Shown here: piece after piece, positions 38,077-39,851 of the stretch
Position numbering within the stretch: the first letter of the stretch is position 1
Layout of the letters: every line of letters begins with the position of its first letter
IMG/VR virus record: IMGVR_UViG_2574180019_000010
Location: 1-39,851 of that record
DNA: 39,851 nucleotides
From: a virus
Taxonomy: Duplodnaviria; Heunggongvirae; Uroviricota; Caudoviricetes
Reading direction: 5' to 3' (one strand)
Made by a program: the position numbers and the translations under genes
The notes under the pieces: generated by a model
Told to the model about the DNA's origin: nothing
The model's input: only the letters and a program-made list of their open reading frames with translations
Databases searched by the model: none

Positions 38077-39118
38077 AAACTTAACATATCGAAGGAGGGA
38101 CAAAGCATATTACTGGCGCAACCCTCTGACGAAAGAAGAATTTACACTAGGTAAAATTTCAAGAAGAGATGCAGTAGCGCAGGCAATTGAAGCAAATCAT
38201 TATATATACAAAAACTACTCTCCTGCTGCCTTAATTGAAAAACTAAAAGGGTTCGACTCATTTACTATGGCAGACTGGATTGAACGTTACAAAACGATTC
38301 TTATAAGGAGAAAAGTGTCCAGAAATACTTATAAAATTCGGGTAAATCAACTGGAGACAATAAAAGAAAAATTAGGAGGAGTTTTACTGACAGAAATAAC
38401 CACTCGCCATATTGCCGAGTTTCTTGATTTGTGGATTGAAGGAGGGAAAAACACGATGGCAGGATCAATGCGTTCTGTGTTATCTGATATGTTCCGCGAG
38501 GCCATTGTTGAAGGACGTATATCTCAAAATCCAGTAACGCCAACAAGAGCACCGAAAATAGTAGTTACAAGAGAACGGCTGAAACTAAAGACATACAACT
38601 GCATCAGGGAGGCAGCAGATCAACTTCCGACATGGTTCCCATTAGCTATGGACTTAGCCCTTGTAACAGGACAACGTCGCGAAGACATAACAAATATGCG
38701 GTTCAGTGAGATTTATGATGATCGTCTCCACATCAGGCAAATTAAGACAGGAATGATGATTGCTATCCCCCTGTCACTCAGCCTTCCTGTCGCTGGTTTA
38801 CGACTTGGTACAGTAGTTGAACAGTGCCGCATGGTAAGTAGGGGGGATTATCTAATCAGTGCCGGGATTAGAAAAAACAGCCCTGACGGCAGCATTCACC
38901 CGGACGGCCTGACAAAGAAATTTGTCGCAGCCAGAAAATTAACAGGTATCCAGTTCAGTGAAAACCCACCAACTTTTCACGAGATCAGAAGTCTGGCTGG
39001 ACGATTGTACAAAGAAACATGTGGGGAAGAATTTGCTCAACGTCTACTTGGCCACACATCGGAGAAGACAACAAAAATGTATCTTGATGAGAGAGAAAAA
39101 ACGTACTTACTGCTCTGA
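38042..39118 (+). CDS. intR: Lambda-family tyrosine integrase
   Basis: 358 aa; N-terminus like lambda Int arm-binding domain ([27 protein letters not shown]); C-terminal HxxR...Y motifs. Confidence 0.65.
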
Positions 39119-39165
39119 TTTTAACGTAAATGGATTGTTAAATGTGTTTTGGTTGTGATATAACC

Positions 39166-39283
39166 AAAAAAGACCGGAATACAGAAATTCGAGTAAATTT
39201 CGAGTAATTTCGGGGAGACGTTTGCAACTAATTGATTTTAAATACAATTAAAAAAAGACCGAATACGATTCCTGTATTCGGTC
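39166..39283. repeat. att-region repeats downstream of int
   Basis: AAAAAAGACCG(G)AATAC at 39166-39182 and 39251-39266; tandem TTCGAGTAA units at 39187-39208; hairpin GACCGAATAC / GTATTCGGTC at 39257-39283. Confidence 0.4.
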
Positions 39284-39440
39284 CAGGGAAATGGCTCTTG
39301 GGAGAGAGCCGTGCGCTAAAAGTTGGCATTAATGCAGGCTTAGTTGCCTTGCTCTTTAAGAATAGATGACGACGCCAGGTTTTCCAGTTTGCGTGCAAAA
39401 TGGTCAATAAAAAGCGTGGTGGTCATCAGCTTAAATGTTA

Positions 39441-39480
39441 AAAACCGCCCGTTCTGGTGAAAGAACTGAGGCGGTTTTTT
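39441..39480. terminator. Bidirectional-looking terminator hairpin
   Basis: Stem AAAACCGCC / GGCGGTTTT with TTTTTT on the plus strand; 30 nt after the stop of the 39510-39851 gene. Confidence 0.55.
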
Positions 39481-39509
39481 ATTGGAAATCAAAAGGCTAT
39501 TTTAGGTAA

Positions 39510-39851
39510 TTAACAGAGTTTTTCAGCTCGCTCTATAAACGGTGCCAGACTCATTTTTTCGCCGGGATTGTTAGGATCATCAATCTGAATCACCGAAATG
39601 GGTTGGGCTTTAGTCTTCCCACTGGCAACTTCCTTTTGTGCGATATCGTTTAAAGGATACTGCACGAGGGTACTTGGGTTAATGACATACAAAGCATTAC
39701 CCGGTCGGCAAGTCAGCATCACCTCTTCGCGATTAAACGCCCATTTGTCTTTACCCACTTCAAAACGGCTGACGGTAATCACCTGCGGTGCCGCCAGCGC
39801 AGCTGCAGAACTGGTGAGTAACAGAAACGCCAGAATACTTTTTCTCATCAT
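39510..39851 (-). CDS. Small secreted protein of unknown function, probably host-encoded
   Basis: 113 aa; signal peptide [20 protein letters not shown]; lies beyond the int/att end of the prophage. Confidence 0.4.
   Translation of the reverse strand: MMRKSILAFLLLTSSAAALAAPQVITVSRFEVGKDKWAFNREEVMLTCRPGNALYVINPSTLVQYPLNDIAQKEVASGKTKAQPISVIQIDDPNNPGEKMSLAPFIERAEKLC

Larger units (their letters stand above)
1..39300. mobile_element. Prophage, partial: Rac-like lambdoid early region plus contractile-tail late region; left end lies beyond the window, right end near the integrase and att repeats
   Basis: Contiguous phage modules (tail, head, packaging, lysis, Q, replication, immunity, recombination, xis/int) in canonical order. 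Confidence 0.8.

Noticed and set aside
39339-39426. Minus-strand 28-codon ORF (MTTTLFIDHFARKLENLASSSILKEQGN) in the att region
   Set aside because: No SD and no recognisable homology; it could be a displaced host gene 3' end at an integration site, but that cannot be supported from this window.
1-39851. Search for CRISPR arrays, tRNA or rRNA genes
   Set aside because: No regularly spaced direct repeats with unique spacers, no cloverleaf-like tRNA candidates and no rRNA-like stretches were seen by eye.

Overview
The window is almost entirely one prophage, a mosaic temperate phage with a Rac-like lambdoid early region and a contractile-tail late region; no rRNA, tRNA or CRISPR array was seen. 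From the left edge to about 22 kb the minus strand carries a late operon read right-to-left: lysis cassette (holin with dual start, lambda R-like endolysin, Rz/Rz1 spanins), small and large terminase, portal, Mu F-like head protein, scaffold, major capsid, neck proteins, sheath, tube, a tail chaperone with a programmed -1 frameshift, tape measure, baseplate genes and a tail fiber that runs off the window at position 1. From about 23 to 32 kb lie a Q-like antiterminator, a hok-type toxin locus, DnaC-like and YdaU-like replication genes and the YdaT/YdaS/RacR immunity switch. From 32 to 39 kb the plus strand carries kilR, ydaE, racC, recE, recT, ralR, ydaC, xis and a lambda-type integrase, then an att-like repeat region and a probable host gene. 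The most interesting feature is a low-GC two-gene cassette (3637-4796) with its own terminator, inserted inside the baseplate module; its 142-aa protein has a possible HEPN-like motif and it is the best candidate for an undescribed defence or toxin system. Other accessory candidates are an AT-rich membrane-protein moron with a convergent small ORF between Q and the holin, a secreted protein in the tail module, and an AT-rich orphan ORF beside hok. All product calls come from reading the translations and gene order and from recalled family features; no database search was run.
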